Assembly: GCA_963659075.1 (NCBI GenBank)
Contig: CAVKTV010000002.1
Span: 1-50,073, forward strand
Length of the DNA stretch: 50,073 nt
Source of the DNA: Lachnospiraceae bacterium
GTDB taxonomy: Bacteria; Bacillota_I; Bacilli_A; Erysipelotrichales; Erysipelotrichaceae
Reading direction: 5' to 3'
Notes under the pieces: generated by a model
What the model was told of the DNA's origin: nothing
Seen by the model: only the letters and a program-made list of their open reading frames with translations
The model's database searches: none
Made by a program: the position numbers and the translations under genes
Shown: in pieces, positions 49,941 through 50,073 of the stretch
How positions within the stretch are numbered: the stretch's first letter is position 1
Layout of the letters: every line of letters starts with the position of its first letter

Positions 49941-50073
49941 GTAGCATAGCTACGAGTTCCGGGCATTTCCCCGCAGCTCTGCTGCGTAGATGCCTGAGCA
50001 AGATAACTGGAGCGTGAAAGCGCGACAGTTTACGCCGAGAAGACGAGGCGTATAATATCTTGAGAAGGGACGA
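49941..50073 (+). other. GC-rich multi-hairpin element (structured RNA or mobile-element end), truncated by the window edge
   Basis: Stems GGGCATTT/AGATGCCT, CGCAGC/GCTGCG, CAAGAT/ATCTTG, AACTG/CAGTT, GCGT-GAAA-GCGC and TACGCC/GGCGTA. Confidence 0.5.

Noticed and set aside
1..50073. rRNA, tRNA, CRISPR arrays, prophage or defence systems
   Set aside because: None recognised by eye on either strand.

Overview
AT-rich bacterial chromosome segment, standard genetic code. Protein signatures (RplK 'AKPGPAL', RpoB His526->Asn with large insertions, Lgt-HAD fusion) suggest an Erysipelotrichaceae-like Firmicute (inference). Most of the window is housekeeping: T-box-metG, nadK, a degenerate PTS IICB, mutS-uvrA, hprK-lgt/ppaX, rapZ-yvcK-whiA, gap, T-box-cysS-mrnC-rlmB-sigH-rpmG-secE-nusG-rplK-rplA, and L10 leader-rplJ-rplL-rsmC-rpoB-rpoC. 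A ~12 kb accessory block (about 26.3-38.1 kb) separates rplA from rplJ. It contains the best find, an apparently complete radical-SAM RiPP cluster on the minus strand: an unannotated 25-aa Cys-rich precursor (MCRFEKAIKDVRVCAQGCSIKSQRN, 31232-31309), an attenuator hairpin, a radical SAM/SPASM maturase and a three-gene ABC-2 exporter, with a divergent LysR regulator whose candidate box lies near -65. Also notable: a candidate anti-SD small RNA after rplA, an ACG start codon for rsmC, an XRE-TM-RCC1-FN3 membrane protein paired with a stand-alone GYF_2-like protein, an ISL3 element whose transposase has an in-frame TGA before the catalytic Glu, an IS21-like end at the left edge, and an unexplained highly structured GC-rich element at the right edge.
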